Shown here piece after piece: positions 16,714-25,761 of a DNA stretch of 43,036 nucleotides. The translations under genes were made by a program, and so were the position numbers. The stretch's first letter is position 1; every line of letters begins with the position of its first letter. The notes beneath the pieces were generated by a model. It did no database searches. It saw nothing but the letters and a program-made list of their open reading frames with translations, and was not told the origin of the DNA. The stretch is from Shigella phage SFN6B: sequence record KY684082, one strand, 5' to 3'.

Positions 16714-16913
16714 AATTGAACGTTGAGGCACCACGCCAAAAGAACAGAGAGTGTGTAACATGCGACCCCTGTCCCTTTTCGTACATGTGGGCCGTTAGTA
16801 GCCCTAGCGAAACTTACTACTGGTTCTTCTGGGCGCGCCCTACTAAGAAGCAACTACGCAGGTTGCAGCGCACCTACCGCAGAATCTTGGTAGATGGGGA
16901 TTGTATTGCATGA
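16710..16913 (+). CDS. Hypothetical small protein (67 aa)
   Basis: ORF track; ATGA overlap with the upstream gene. Confidence 0.45.
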   Translation: MKLNVEAPRQKNRECVTCDPCPFSYMWAVSSPSETYYWFFWARPTKKQLRRLQRTYRRILVDGDCIA

Positions 16914-17332
16914 GCCTGCGTAAAATTACACGGGCACAGATTCGCTCTGTGGCTATTAAACTCGCCAAAGACCAGGGAGGCATATGCCTCCTTTGTGGTA
17001 AGCCTTTGGACTTTACAATCAAGGGGGTGACTGGTGATTCTGTTGTCGTTGACCACTGTCATATTACTGGGCGTATTCGGGGTGCTCTTCATCGCTCATG
17101 CAATGGAGGAGAGGGCAAGGTGGCATCTGCCGCTGGGCGCTGGATTGTTGGTAGCATGCAATCTTCTGGGGCTATTGCTGAATCTCTGCGTAGGGTTGCC
17201 GACTACCTAGACCGGGAACCGACGGATATGTTATACTACACATATAAGACTCCGGAAGAACAGGCACAGGCACAGAGGCTCAAGGCACGCAAGGCCAGAG
17301 CTAGACGTAAAGCGCGGGAGATTATTAAATGA
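16910..17332 (+). CDS. Endonuclease VII-like Holliday-junction resolvase
   Basis: Motif VVVDHCHITGRIRGALHRSCN matches the Endonuclease_7 His-Cys box (DHxH...G..RG.L...CN); track start 16901 is TTG, ATG at 16910. Confidence 0.75.
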   Translation: MSLRKITRAQIRSVAIKLAKDQGGICLLCGKPLDFTIKGVTGDSVVVDHCHITGRIRGALHRSCNGGEGKVASAAGRWIVGSMQSSGAIAESLRRVADYLDREPTDMLYYTYKTPEEQAQAQRLKARKARARRKAREIIK

Positions 17333-17565
17333 GCGATGCAGTAAATTCGCCTAAACACTACCAATTCTTTCCAGACTTGGAAGCTATTTCTGTGATTGCC
17401 CGCAGCATGACCCGGGAACAATTCTATGGGTACTGCCTGGGAAATCGGCTCAAGTACAGACTCCGTGCTGGTAACAAGGATAAGCTGGAGCAGGATATTG
17501 CTAAATCTGACAAGTACTTAGAGCTGTATGAGCAGCATAAGGGGGAGTGTATTGACACCGAGTGA
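17329..17565 (+). CDS. DUF3310-like small protein
   Basis: SPKHY...GNRLKYRLRAGNK resembles the DUF3310 signature as recalled from phage proteins. Confidence 0.5.
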   Translation: MSDAVNSPKHYQFFPDLEAISVIARSMTREQFYGYCLGNRLKYRLRAGNKDKLEQDIAKSDKYLELYEQHKGECIDTE

Positions 17566-17706
17566 GTGGTGCCACTGGATGTGGCAGAAAGCAATAGAGC
17601 GGGGTGATGAAAGCGCCGCTAATGATTACCTGGCGATGTATAATCTCTGGGTAAGTAGAAACCAGTAGTTAGAAATATCGGACATAACCAAGGAGATTAA
17701 GCGCCT

Positions 17707-20175
17707 ATGATTAGCGCCCTGAATACGGTTGTAGTACCCGAGGAAGCACTGGTGGAACGCCAGTTGGAGCTTGAAGAGACTTACAAGATTCGCGGCATTG
17801 AACGTGCTCGCAAATTGATTACCGACGCTCTACAAAACGGCGGGATTATGAACCTGCCTATGACTCAGCGCATGCTAACCTCTGCGTACGACGTGGCCTC
17901 TGCAGCCATTGAGGAAATGCGTAACACCAAAGCCCCGGGTATTGGTGGAAAGTACCGCCGATTCCTACGCTTAGTCCCCTTGGATGTCCTAACTACTCTG
18001 AGCCTGTGCACAATGTTTGAGGCGTTCAGTGTTGCTCCTGGTGAGTCCGCCAGTCGCCGCCAAACAGCTCAGGCAGTGATGTCCGCTCTGGGTAGGAATG
18101 TACAGTCAGAGCTGCTGGCCCTACAACTACGTAATGTTGCCCCAGCGTATATGGACCGGGTATATGAATACCTCACTGAGCGCCGTACTAAGTCGCCTAC
18201 GCACATTCTGCGTACGCTCCGCGCCAGTGCTGAGAACGTGCACTATGGGCATGAGCCTTGGACCAACGCTCAGAATATTTCTGTGGGACGTCTGCTGTGT
18301 TCCGCAGTGTTTGAGACAGGGCTGTTCCAGTGGAAGACTGGTAGCGGGAACTTGAGTATGCTCTATCCCGCAGATAATGTTATGGAAGCATTTCAGCAGT
18401 TAGTGGAATCTGCTGACACTGTAACTATGAAGCCTCCGATGCTGGTGCCTCCGGTGCCACATACTACACTGTGGGATGGTGGCTACCTCACCCCAATAGA
18501 TAACCGTGGGACGTACCACAACTCACACATTGACCGCGCCAGACTGCGTGAAGTAGCGGAAGCATTTAAGTCTGCGGACGGTATCAAGAAGGCACTTAAT
18601 AAGGCGCAGGAAACTCCTTATCGCATTAATAAGCGAATACTGGAACTGGTACAAGAAGCACGGGCCTTAGGTATTGGTGTAGGTATGCCGCGCTCAGTGC
18701 CAGAGCCGAAACCTGAGTGGTACTTAGATGGTGTACCAAAAGAGAATTACACCGAGGAGGAACTCGACCGCTTCGGAGAGTGGAAGACGCGTATGTCCTT
18801 ATGGTACAGCGCAGACCGTAAGCGTGTGTCACAATTACGTAGCCTATTGACCACGCTAGAGATGGCAGAGGAATTCAAAGATGAGAAAGCCCTGTACTTC
18901 CCAACCTGTGTGGATTGGCGGTACCGGCTGTACTTCAAGTCCTCACTGCACCCCCAAGGTTCTGATTTGCAGAAGGCACTTCTTGAATTCGGACGAGGTA
19001 AACCTCTGGGAGAGAGAGGGTTATTCTGGCTTAAAGTGCACGTCGCTACCTGCTTTGGTTATGACAAAACCCTATTCGAAGACCGTGCAGCTTGGGTTGA
19101 TGCAAACTTTGCAGAGATTGAGCAGCTCGCGGATTCCCCTTTTGATTGCCCTGCTTTTACCTCCGCTGACAGCCCTTGGTGCTTCCTGGCAGCCGCTATT
19201 GACTTGGTTAATGCTGTACGTTCTGGATGCCCAGAAGAGTACATTAGCCGAATCCCGGTTGCTATGGATGCTACAAACTCAGGTGGGCAGCACCTCTCAG
19301 CGCTCCTGAGAGACCCTGTAGGCGGACGCCTGACGAACCTGTACTGGGAGGGTAACGACAAGAAAGCGGATCTGTATATGGACGTGAAGCGCCGTACGGA
19401 CGAGAAGGTGATACTGGACCTGGACAAAGAGGATTTCGTTATCCAGAGCACGTACTGGAGAGAGAACGAAATCACTCGAAGCATGACCAAGCGTCCTAGC
19501 ATGACCTACTTCTACAGCGCCACGGTGCGCAGCTGCAGCGACTATATCTTTGCCGGGGCCTGTGAAGAGGGGTATGAAGGAACGGATACGCACAGTCTTT
19601 GGAACCTTTCCTGCTACCTGGCTCCCAGAATGCGCAGTGCTATTGAGGAAGCTAACCCGGCAGCAGCAGCAGCTATGGGGTATCTGCAGAACCTCGCTAG
19701 GCGTGTACCTGCTAGTCAGCATCTGCAGTGGAAGACTCCGCTAGGTGGGCTGGTGATGAACCGGTACTCTCAGCGAGAGGAGGTACGTGTACGTATTGAC
19801 TGCATGAACCTGTCCGCCGTGCTGGTACACAACCGTGACTTTAAGACCTGTAATAAGCGCAAGGCCGCCTCTGGTATTGCCCCGAACTTTGTACATAGTC
19901 TGGATAGTACGCACTTGATGATGGTACTCTGTGCGGCAGAAGGTCTGGATATTGTCCCGATTCACGATTCGATGGCGACTCACGCGGCTGATGTAGATGC
20001 CCTGCACCGACATATCCGTGAACAGTTTGTGAAGCTGTACGAGGAGCACGATCTTCTGGGGGATATTACCAGGGCAGCTGCCGAAGCAGGGGCAGACCTG
20101 ACGGACCTGGATATGCCTGCGGTTGGTACTTTGGACATTCGGCAAGTGCTAGAATCTCCGTTCTTCTTTTCATAA
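17707..20175 (+). CDS. Single-subunit DNA-directed RNA polymerase (T7-like)
   Basis: 822 aa; motifs VAMDATNSGGQH, RSMTKRPSMTYFYSA, APNFVHSLDSTH, PIHDSMATHA parallel T7 RNAP motifs A, B and C; GGAG upstream. Confidence 0.95.
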   Translation: MISALNTVVVPEEALVERQLELEETYKIRGIERARKLITDALQNGGIMNLPMTQRMLTSAYDVASAAIEEMRNTKAPGIGGKYRRFLRLVPLDVLTTLSLCTMFEAFSVAPGESASRRQTAQAVMSALGRNVQSELLALQLRNVAPAYMDRVYEYLTERRTKSPTHILRTLRASAENVHYGHEPWTNAQNISVGRLLCSAVFETGLFQWKTGSGNLSMLYPADNVMEAFQQLVESADTVTMKPPMLVPPVPHTTLWDGGYLTPIDNRGTYHNSHIDRARLREVAEAFKSADGIKKALNKAQETPYRINKRILELVQEARALGIGVGMPRSVPEPKPEWYLDGVPKENYTEEELDRFGEWKTRMSLWYSADRKRVSQLRSLLTTLEMAEEFKDEKALYFPTCVDWRYRLYFKSSLHPQGSDLQKALLEFGRGKPLGERGLFWLKVHVATCFGYDKTLFEDRAAWVDANFAEIEQLADSPFDCPAFTSADSPWCFLAAAIDLVNAVRSGCPEEYISRIPVAMDATNSGGQHLSALLRDPVGGRLTNLYWEGNDKKADLYMDVKRRTDEKVILDLDKEDFVIQSTYWRENEITRSMTKRPSMTYFYSATVRSCSDYIFAGACEEGYEGTDTHSLWNLSCYLAPRMRSAIEEANPAAAAAMGYLQNLARRVPASQHLQWKTPLGGLVMNRYSQREEVRVRIDCMNLSAVLVHNRDFKTCNKRKAASGIAPNFVHSLDSTHLMMVLCAAEGLDIVPIHDSMATHAADVDALHRHIREQFVKLYEEHDLLGDITRAAAEAGADLTDLDMPAVGTLDIRQVLESPFFFS

Positions 20176-20182
20176 AAATTTA

Positions 20183-20199
20183 ATGTTACAGGAGTAGGA
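20183..20199 (+). promoter_or_regulatory. Candidate phage-RNAP promoter, copy 2 of exact 17-mer ATGTTACAGGAGTAGGA
   Basis: Sits between the RNAP stop and the first downstream gene, abutting its ATG. Confidence 0.45.
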
Positions 20200-20640
20200 A
20201 TGAAGTTAAAACACACTAGTAAAACTTCCGACTATACTCTCAAGGTTCTGCATAAGTCTGACGATATTACAGACGCAGTGAAGCAACTGCATGAACTAGG
20301 CCACGGCATTAGTCGGGGCCTTACCACAGAGCAACACTATTGGAGAGTACTAAAAAGTATACTAGGTAAACAGTATATACTAGGAGTCTATGACTCCCGG
20401 GGCGATTTAGTAGGTGCTGCCAGTTACTACCCAGAAGCTATAGAGGACTGCCATTACGTAGAGCCTGTGTTGTATACAGACTTCTTCGTATTGAAACCAG
20501 GAAATAGTGAGGCAATGCTTGTAGTTATGAAGGGTCTGCAAGCAATCGCTAAGTGTATGCGAGCTGGGCGCATCGCTATTAGTCGCAATACATCGGATAA
20601 TACTTACAAAACAACTTACCATTTAGTGAGGTCAGCATGA
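20200..20640 (+). CDS. Hypothetical protein (146 aa)
   Basis: ORF track; first gene after the RNAP. Confidence 0.6.
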   Translation: MKLKHTSKTSDYTLKVLHKSDDITDAVKQLHELGHGISRGLTTEQHYWRVLKSILGKQYILGVYDSRGDLVGAASYYPEAIEDCHYVEPVLYTDFFVLKPGNSEAMLVVMKGLQAIAKCMRAGRIAISRNTSDNTYKTTYHLVRSA

Positions 20641-20900
20641 GCGGTGGATTAGGTAAACTGTTAGGTAAGGCCACGGATATGCTTGGCCTTACTGATAACG
20701 AAGGATTAGAGCAACAGCAGCGCATGGCTGAGCAGCAGGCTGAGGCAGCAAAACAGCAGGCAGCCTTAGAGGCGAACAGTGCAGCTGACAATATTGCTGA
20801 GATCAACCCCTCCGGGGCGGCCTCTGCATCTGCAGATGCAATTACGTCTGAGCAGAAGAAACGGCGACGGGCAGGGCAGAGCAACCCCCTGGGCCTGTAA
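20637..20900 (+). CDS. Hypothetical Gln/Ala-rich small protein (87 aa)
   Basis: ORF track; ATGA overlap with the upstream gene. Confidence 0.5.
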   Translation: MSGGLGKLLGKATDMLGLTDNEGLEQQQRMAEQQAEAAKQQAALEANSAADNIAEINPSGAASASADAITSEQKKRRRAGQSNPLGL

Positions 20901-20909
20901 GGAGGAAGC

Positions 20910-22505
20910 TTGGACTATAAAAAGACATTAGCGGAACTGTTCCTGGGGGACCAGGATGCTGGCGTACTGGATGCGTCAGAGAAGTTTGCTGAGTGGACGC
21001 TACCTACAATCTTTACCAGAGAGCTCTATACTGATGGGCGGCGTATGCAGCTTAGTCGAGACTATCAGAGTACAGGTGCTCAGCTGGTCAATACAGCAGC
21101 GACTAAAATTGTAGGTGCATTATTCCCGCAAGGTACTAGCTTCTTTCGGTTCTCTAAGAGTGCGGCCCTTGACAACTTTATTAGTAGTCTGGGAAGTTCT
21201 AGCACTGCGGAATCCCGTTTATCCGAGGTAGAGAACACCGCCTCTCAGAAGGTGTTTGAGAAGGATGGGTATGCTGCTAAGCTTCAAGCTGTGAAATTGC
21301 TGCTTATCACCGGGAACGCATTGGAGTATATCGATGAAAGAACCGGGAAATCCATTATCTACTCGGTCCGTAACTTTACCGTTCGAAGGGATGGTAGCGG
21401 GAACGTGCTGCGACTCATTATCAAAGAGCGCGCCAGCATCCAGGACCTACCAGAAGACATTCAAAAAGCACACTACAATGGTCGAGACCCATACAGCGAC
21501 ATTGATATCTACACTGCCGCTTGTCGTAAGATTAAGCACCTTCCAAATGGAGAAGAAGCAGTAAGCTATGAGGTGTATCAAGAAGTTGATGGCCGTCGCC
21601 TAGGCGAGAGCAGCACCTACCCTGAGCTGGAGCTTCCGTATAACGTATTGGTGTGGAACCTGGTTAATGGTGAGCACTATGGACGCGGTCTGGTGGAAGA
21701 CTATGCAGGTGACTTTGCGCGACTGTCTGTGTTGACCGAAGCGTTGACCAACTACGAGATTGAAGCCTCACGTCTTATCCCTATGGTCGATGCCAGTTCA
21801 GGCTTGGACGTTGATGAGTTCTCTCAAGCCGAGACCGGTGAGGCAGTACAGGTTGGTGGCGGTGGTAGTAATGGTAACACCAAGTCCCCTGTAACAGCTT
21901 ACGAGGGTGGTGCAGCTCAAAAGATTCAGTGGATTGCAAGCGACATTCAGATGCTTGAGCAGAAACTGGCCCGTGCGTTTATGTACACCGGCAATGCTCG
22001 ACAGGGTGAGCGTGTAACTGCTTACGAGATTCGTCAGAATGCTAAAGAGGCAGAGTACGCTATGGGTGGTGGATTCAGCATCCTCAGTGACTCCTGGCTG
22101 CGTAAGCTCGCGTACCTGTATACTATCGTGGCATATCCTAAGTTCAAGGTGTACCTCACCGAGGGTGTAGTGGATATCAACGTGATGGTAGGTACTGCAG
22201 CACTGGCTAAAGCAGCAGCAGCAGATAAACTGCTAGAAGCTACCCAGGCTATGCAGCTGGCTATTCCTGTGCTCAAACAGCTTACTCCTCGCTTTAATGA
22301 GGATGCATGCGTAGATTGGTACTTGGATGCATACGGTATTGTAAGTGGACCGTTCATGCTCACAGAAGAGCAACTACAAGAGAAGCAGCAAGTTCAAGAG
22401 AATGCAGCGGCGGCATCGGCAGCTCAAGCGCAATCACAGGTACAAGACCTACAGGCAGCGGACCCAACCGTAGCAGGACAACAACTAGGCCTGTTACCGG
22501 GCTAA
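20910..22505 (+). CDS. Portal (head-tail connector) protein
   Basis: 531 aa; block GERVTAYEIRQNAKEAEYAMGGGFSILSDSWL matches T7 gp8 GERVTAEEIRYVASELEDTLGGVYSILSQEL as recalled; TTG start after AGGAGG. Confidence 0.9.
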   Translation: MDYKKTLAELFLGDQDAGVLDASEKFAEWTLPTIFTRELYTDGRRMQLSRDYQSTGAQLVNTAATKIVGALFPQGTSFFRFSKSAALDNFISSLGSSSTAESRLSEVENTASQKVFEKDGYAAKLQAVKLLLITGNALEYIDERTGKSIIYSVRNFTVRRDGSGNVLRLIIKERASIQDLPEDIQKAHYNGRDPYSDIDIYTAACRKIKHLPNGEEAVSYEVYQEVDGRRLGESSTYPELELPYNVLVWNLVNGEHYGRGLVEDYAGDFARLSVLTEALTNYEIEASRLIPMVDASSGLDVDEFSQAETGEAVQVGGGGSNGNTKSPVTAYEGGAAQKIQWIASDIQMLEQKLARAFMYTGNARQGERVTAYEIRQNAKEAEYAMGGGFSILSDSWLRKLAYLYTIVAYPKFKVYLTEGVVDINVMVGTAALAKAAAADKLLEATQAMQLAIPVLKQLTPRFNEDACVDWYLDAYGIVSGPFMLTEEQLQEKQQVQENAAAASAAQAQSQVQDLQAADPTVAGQQLGLLPG

Positions 22506-22519
22506 CAACAGAGGTATAA

Positions 22520-23392
22520 ATGGACGGCGTAGAAACCACTCAAACTAACGTAACAACTACCCAGGTAGAGAACCAAGGCGGCCCTAAGATTCCGGGTCTG
22601 GGCGCTCCTCTTAACGCCCCAAATAATCAGGGTGTGCAGGATGCGCAGATCTCTATGCAGCAGCAACAGGGCAAAGATTCCCCTGCACCTGCAGTAGTTC
22701 CGGCAGTAGCTCCAACACAGATTCCTCTGGATATCGAAGCCCTAAAAGCGGCCCTTAATGACAAGGGTGGCGAAAGCGCCAAAGAGCAGCCTCAGGAGCT
22801 GGCTCAAACAGGCAATCCGACAATTGATGCCGGTGTAGCAATGTTGAAGCAAGTCTCTGGGTTAACTGACTCGGACATGGTGCGGGCACTTAGTAAGGCC
22901 CTGGAGTATCAGGACCCTAACCTAATCGATACGGCCTTCATCAAGGAGCGCTTCGGTGAGCATGCTGCGTATGCAGAGCTGCTGGCTAAGGCGTATCTTG
23001 AAGACCAGGTGGGACAAGCCACTAAGGCTGTACAGGAAGCGTATGACCTCGTAGGCGGGAAGGAGAATTGGGAGGTAGCGGCGCAGCTATTTAATTCCAA
23101 GGCCCCAGAGCCTCTGCGTAAGGCTGCACGAGTCCTAGCTGATTCTGGTGAGCTTAAACAGGCAGCAGAGTTAGTGGCAGGTTATTGCCGTGATATGGGT
23201 CTTATCAAGACCTCAAATCCATTAGTACGTGGTGTCCCTGGCAACAATGCCTTGTCCGCTGCGGACTTCAAAGTAGAGTATGCTAAACTGCGTCAGGAGG
23301 CAGGGAACCGAAGCTTGGAATCTCAGCAGTTCAGTCAACGTTATCACGATTTACTCGCACGCCGTGAAGCCGGTAAACGCGTAGGTCTTTAA
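22520..23392 (+). CDS. Scaffolding protein
   Basis: 290 aa, acidic and Gln/Ala-rich, between portal and capsid as in T7 gp9. Confidence 0.7.
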   Translation: MDGVETTQTNVTTTQVENQGGPKIPGLGAPLNAPNNQGVQDAQISMQQQQGKDSPAPAVVPAVAPTQIPLDIEALKAALNDKGGESAKEQPQELAQTGNPTIDAGVAMLKQVSGLTDSDMVRALSKALEYQDPNLIDTAFIKERFGEHAAYAELLAKAYLEDQVGQATKAVQEAYDLVGGKENWEVAAQLFNSKAPEPLRKAARVLADSGELKQAAELVAGYCRDMGLIKTSNPLVRGVPGNNALSAADFKVEYAKLRQEAGNRSLESQQFSQRYHDLLARREAGKRVGL

Positions 23393-23416
23393 TATCATTT
23401 AAAAGGAAAGTAATAC

Positions 23417-24436
23417 ATGGCAGATACTATTTATAAAGCTGGTGACACGCGGGCACACTGGGGCGGAGCGGCGTCCGACGTCGATATTCACCTGGAAGTG
23501 TACCAGAACGAAGTGGACACCCGCTTCCAGTACCAAGCGCTGTTCCTAGGCCTCTCTAGCCAGCGCTCTATCAGCGGCTCTAACACCTACCGTATCGACC
23601 GCCTGAATACCTCTGCGGTGAAGGGTCGTCGTTCTGGCGAAGCGCTGGATAGCACTCCGGTCCGTAACGATAAGATGATTATCGTAGTGGATACGGTGCT
23701 GTACATCCGTAACCCAATCGACTACCAGGACGACTGGACTGGTCCGGACTTCCTCTCTGAGATGGGTCAGAACAACGGTTCCGAATTCGCGGAGACCTTC
23801 GACCAGGCGCACCTGATTCAGCTCATCAAGGGCCGTTCCTGGGTTGCACCAGCGCACCTGAAGCCTGCGTTCAACGACGGTATTGAAGTCGGTGCCTCCA
23901 TCCTCGTAGCAGGTAGTACGCCGGATAAGCAGCTGACCCAGGCTGAGATGGAAGCCAACGCCATGAACATCAACCTGGCTCACAAGGCCGGTATCGATGA
24001 GCTCATCAAGCGTAAGACCCCGCTGATGGATATGATTACTCTGGTGGACGTAGATACCTACTCCCGACTGTTGGAGCATCCGAAGCTGTTAAATCTCGAG
24101 TTCGGCGCAACCAACGACGACGGTTACAAGAACCGCCGAGTTGTGAAGATGAATGGTGTGCCGGTAGTAGAGTGCACCGAGTTCCCGACTGCTGCTGGTA
24201 CGCATCCGCTGGGTACTGCTTACACGGTCACTGAGGATGATGCGAAATGTCGCATGGTAACTTTCAGTAAGTCCAAGACCTTGGTGACGGTAGAAGCTAA
24301 GCCGTTCACTTCTCGTATCTGGGATGACCAGCGCGAGTTCAACAACGTTCTGGACTGCTACGCGATGTACAACATCGGCCTGCGTCGTCCGGATACAGCG
24401 GCAGTGACTAAGTTCACCTTCACCACTAAAGTCTGA
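23417..24436 (+). CDS. Major capsid protein
   Basis: 339 aa; position and C-terminal similarity to T7 gp10A (YAMYNIGLRRPDTAAV vs YAMGHGGLRPEAAGAV as recalled). Confidence 0.9.
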   Translation: MADTIYKAGDTRAHWGGAASDVDIHLEVYQNEVDTRFQYQALFLGLSSQRSISGSNTYRIDRLNTSAVKGRRSGEALDSTPVRNDKMIIVVDTVLYIRNPIDYQDDWTGPDFLSEMGQNNGSEFAETFDQAHLIQLIKGRSWVAPAHLKPAFNDGIEVGASILVAGSTPDKQLTQAEMEANAMNINLAHKAGIDELIKRKTPLMDMITLVDVDTYSRLLEHPKLLNLEFGATNDDGYKNRRVVKMNGVPVVECTEFPTAAGTHPLGTAYTVTEDDAKCRMVTFSKSKTLVTVEAKPFTSRIWDDQREFNNVLDCYAMYNIGLRRPDTAAVTKFTFTTKV

Positions 24437-24447
24437 TTGGAGGTTAA

Positions 24448-24645
24448 ATGGCAGTGATCGCCGTGTTCGGTCTGGAGACTCTTCAAGCCAACGCTGCTCA
24501 ACGTGAGGCGGTAAAAGCCGCCTCCGAGGTCGCGAAGCACATTCAAGTAGGTTCGGTCGAATCTGGCCGCAAAGCTACTAAGCGTACCCGCAAAGCTGTT
24601 GATGCAGTAGCTGATGCAGCAGCAGGTACAGAAACTAAAGAGTAA
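24448..24645 (+). CDS. Hypothetical small protein downstream of capsid (65 aa)
   Basis: ORF track; GGAGG upstream; lies between the capsid gene and a terminator. Confidence 0.45.
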   Translation: MAVIAVFGLETLQANAAQREAVKAASEVAKHIQVGSVESGRKATKRTRKAVDAVADAAAGTETKE

Positions 24646-24650
24646 TATGC

Positions 24651-24687
24651 GCCCCTGGTGCCTTCGGGTGCCGGGGGCTTTTTTTTG
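24651..24687 (+). terminator. Rho-independent terminator after the capsid region
   Basis: GCCCCTGGTGCC-ttcg-GGTGCCGGGGGC forms a 12-bp stem (with G-U pairs) and UUCG loop, followed by T(9). Confidence 0.8.
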
Positions 24688-24731
24688 TCCCTGTCTTAAG
24701 GGTCCTAGGGGTCTTTAATAGAGGAACAAAT

Positions 24732-25199
24732 ATGAGAGAGTTGCTGATGTATGACCCAACGAGTCCTAGCGGGCTGCGTTGGAAGGTTGATGGTTACAGA
24801 AACACGTACCGGGCTGGGGACGTAGCTGGATGTACCCACTCTGGGACTACTGGGTATTATCAAATCGTTATTCGCGGTAAGAAATATATGAGTCATAGGG
24901 TGGTATACTTCTTAGTGCACGGGGAGTGGCCGGATACCGTAGATCACGTTAACGGTGATCGCAAAGATAATCGCATCGAGAACCTACGAGCGGCTACTAT
25001 GCGACAGAACCTGTGTAACCTGACGCGAGCCAAAGGTTTCTACTTCTCCAAAGTAAGTCATAAATTCATAGCCCAAATATGCAATTACGGTAAGAATCGC
25101 ACACTTGGCAGTTTTGACACTGCACTAGATGCGAGAGCTGCGTACCTGCGGGCTAAACTGGAAGAGCACGGTTTCGTGCCGGGGGTGGTTTATTCGTGA
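24732..25199 (+). CDS. HNH homing endonuclease, paralog 3
   Basis: YDPTSPSGLRW... VDHVNGDRKDNRIENLRAATMRQN; inserted between capsid and tail tubular A. Confidence 0.8.
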   Translation: MRELLMYDPTSPSGLRWKVDGYRNTYRAGDVAGCTHSGTTGYYQIVIRGKKYMSHRVVYFLVHGEWPDTVDHVNGDRKDNRIENLRAATMRQNLCNLTRAKGFYFSKVSHKFIAQICNYGKNRTLGSFDTALDARAAYLRAKLEEHGFVPGVVYS

Positions 25200-25752
25200 A
25201 TTAGATGCTATTAACTTAACGCTGGAAGCCTTAGGGGAGTCTCGCGTTATGGATATCAATACTTCAAACCCTAGTGCGGGGTTAGCACGCTCTGCTCTCG
25301 CGCGTAATCGCAGAGGGTTGCTCAGTACTGGTTACTGGTTCAATGTAGTTGAGCGAGAGGTTACTCCTACGACTGACGGTTTTATTAAAATTCCGTGGAA
25401 CCAACTAGCAGTATATGATGCGTGCTCCGATAATAAGTATGGTGTACGTGATGGAAACCTTTACAACCTGGTAGAGCAGGATGAATACTTCGATTCTCCT
25501 GTTAAGGTTAAAGTGGTGCTAGACCTCAACTTTGAGGACCTGCCGGAGCACGCTGCTATGTGGATTGCAAACTACACTGCTGCACAGGTGTACCTGAATG
25601 ACCTTGGCAGTGATGGCAACTACGCCAACTACGCCGCAGAGGCAGAGCGGTACAAGTCCTTGGTGTTGCGAGAGCATCTGCGGAACCAGAAGTACAGTAC
25701 AAGCAAGACCAGATTCGCACGTCGTATTCGTCGTGCACGCTTCGTGATTTAA
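25129..25752 (+). CDS. Tail tubular protein A (T7 gp11-like)
   Basis: 207 aa; alignable with T7 gp11 from the N-terminus; no in-frame start codon lies downstream of the HNH stop before the conserved region, so the start appears to be inside the HNH gene (71-nt overlap). Confidence 0.75.
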   Translation: MRELRTCGLNWKSTVSCRGWFIRELDAINLTLEALGESRVMDINTSNPSAGLARSALARNRRGLLSTGYWFNVVEREVTPTTDGFIKIPWNQLAVYDACSDNKYGVRDGNLYNLVEQDEYFDSPVKVKVVLDLNFEDLPEHAAMWIANYTAAQVYLNDLGSDGNYANYAAEAERYKSLVLREHLRNQKYSTSKTRFARRIRRARFVI

Positions 25753-25761
25753 GGAGAGCAC

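Noticed and set aside
17579-17668. Possible ~29-aa ORF (MWQKAIERGDESAANDYLAMYNLWVSRNQ) in the gap before the RNAP gene
   Set aside because: No convincing Shine-Dalgarno and below any reasonable size threshold; the gap more likely holds regulatory sequence for the RNAP gene. Kept as a low-probability possibility only.
24436-24448. Programmed -1 frameshift producing a capsid 10B-like extension, as in T7
   Set aside because: The downstream ORF 24448..24645 has its own GGAGG and ATG and is separated from the capsid stop; no slippery heptamer was noticed at the capsid 3' end. A frameshift cannot be fully excluded without proteomics.
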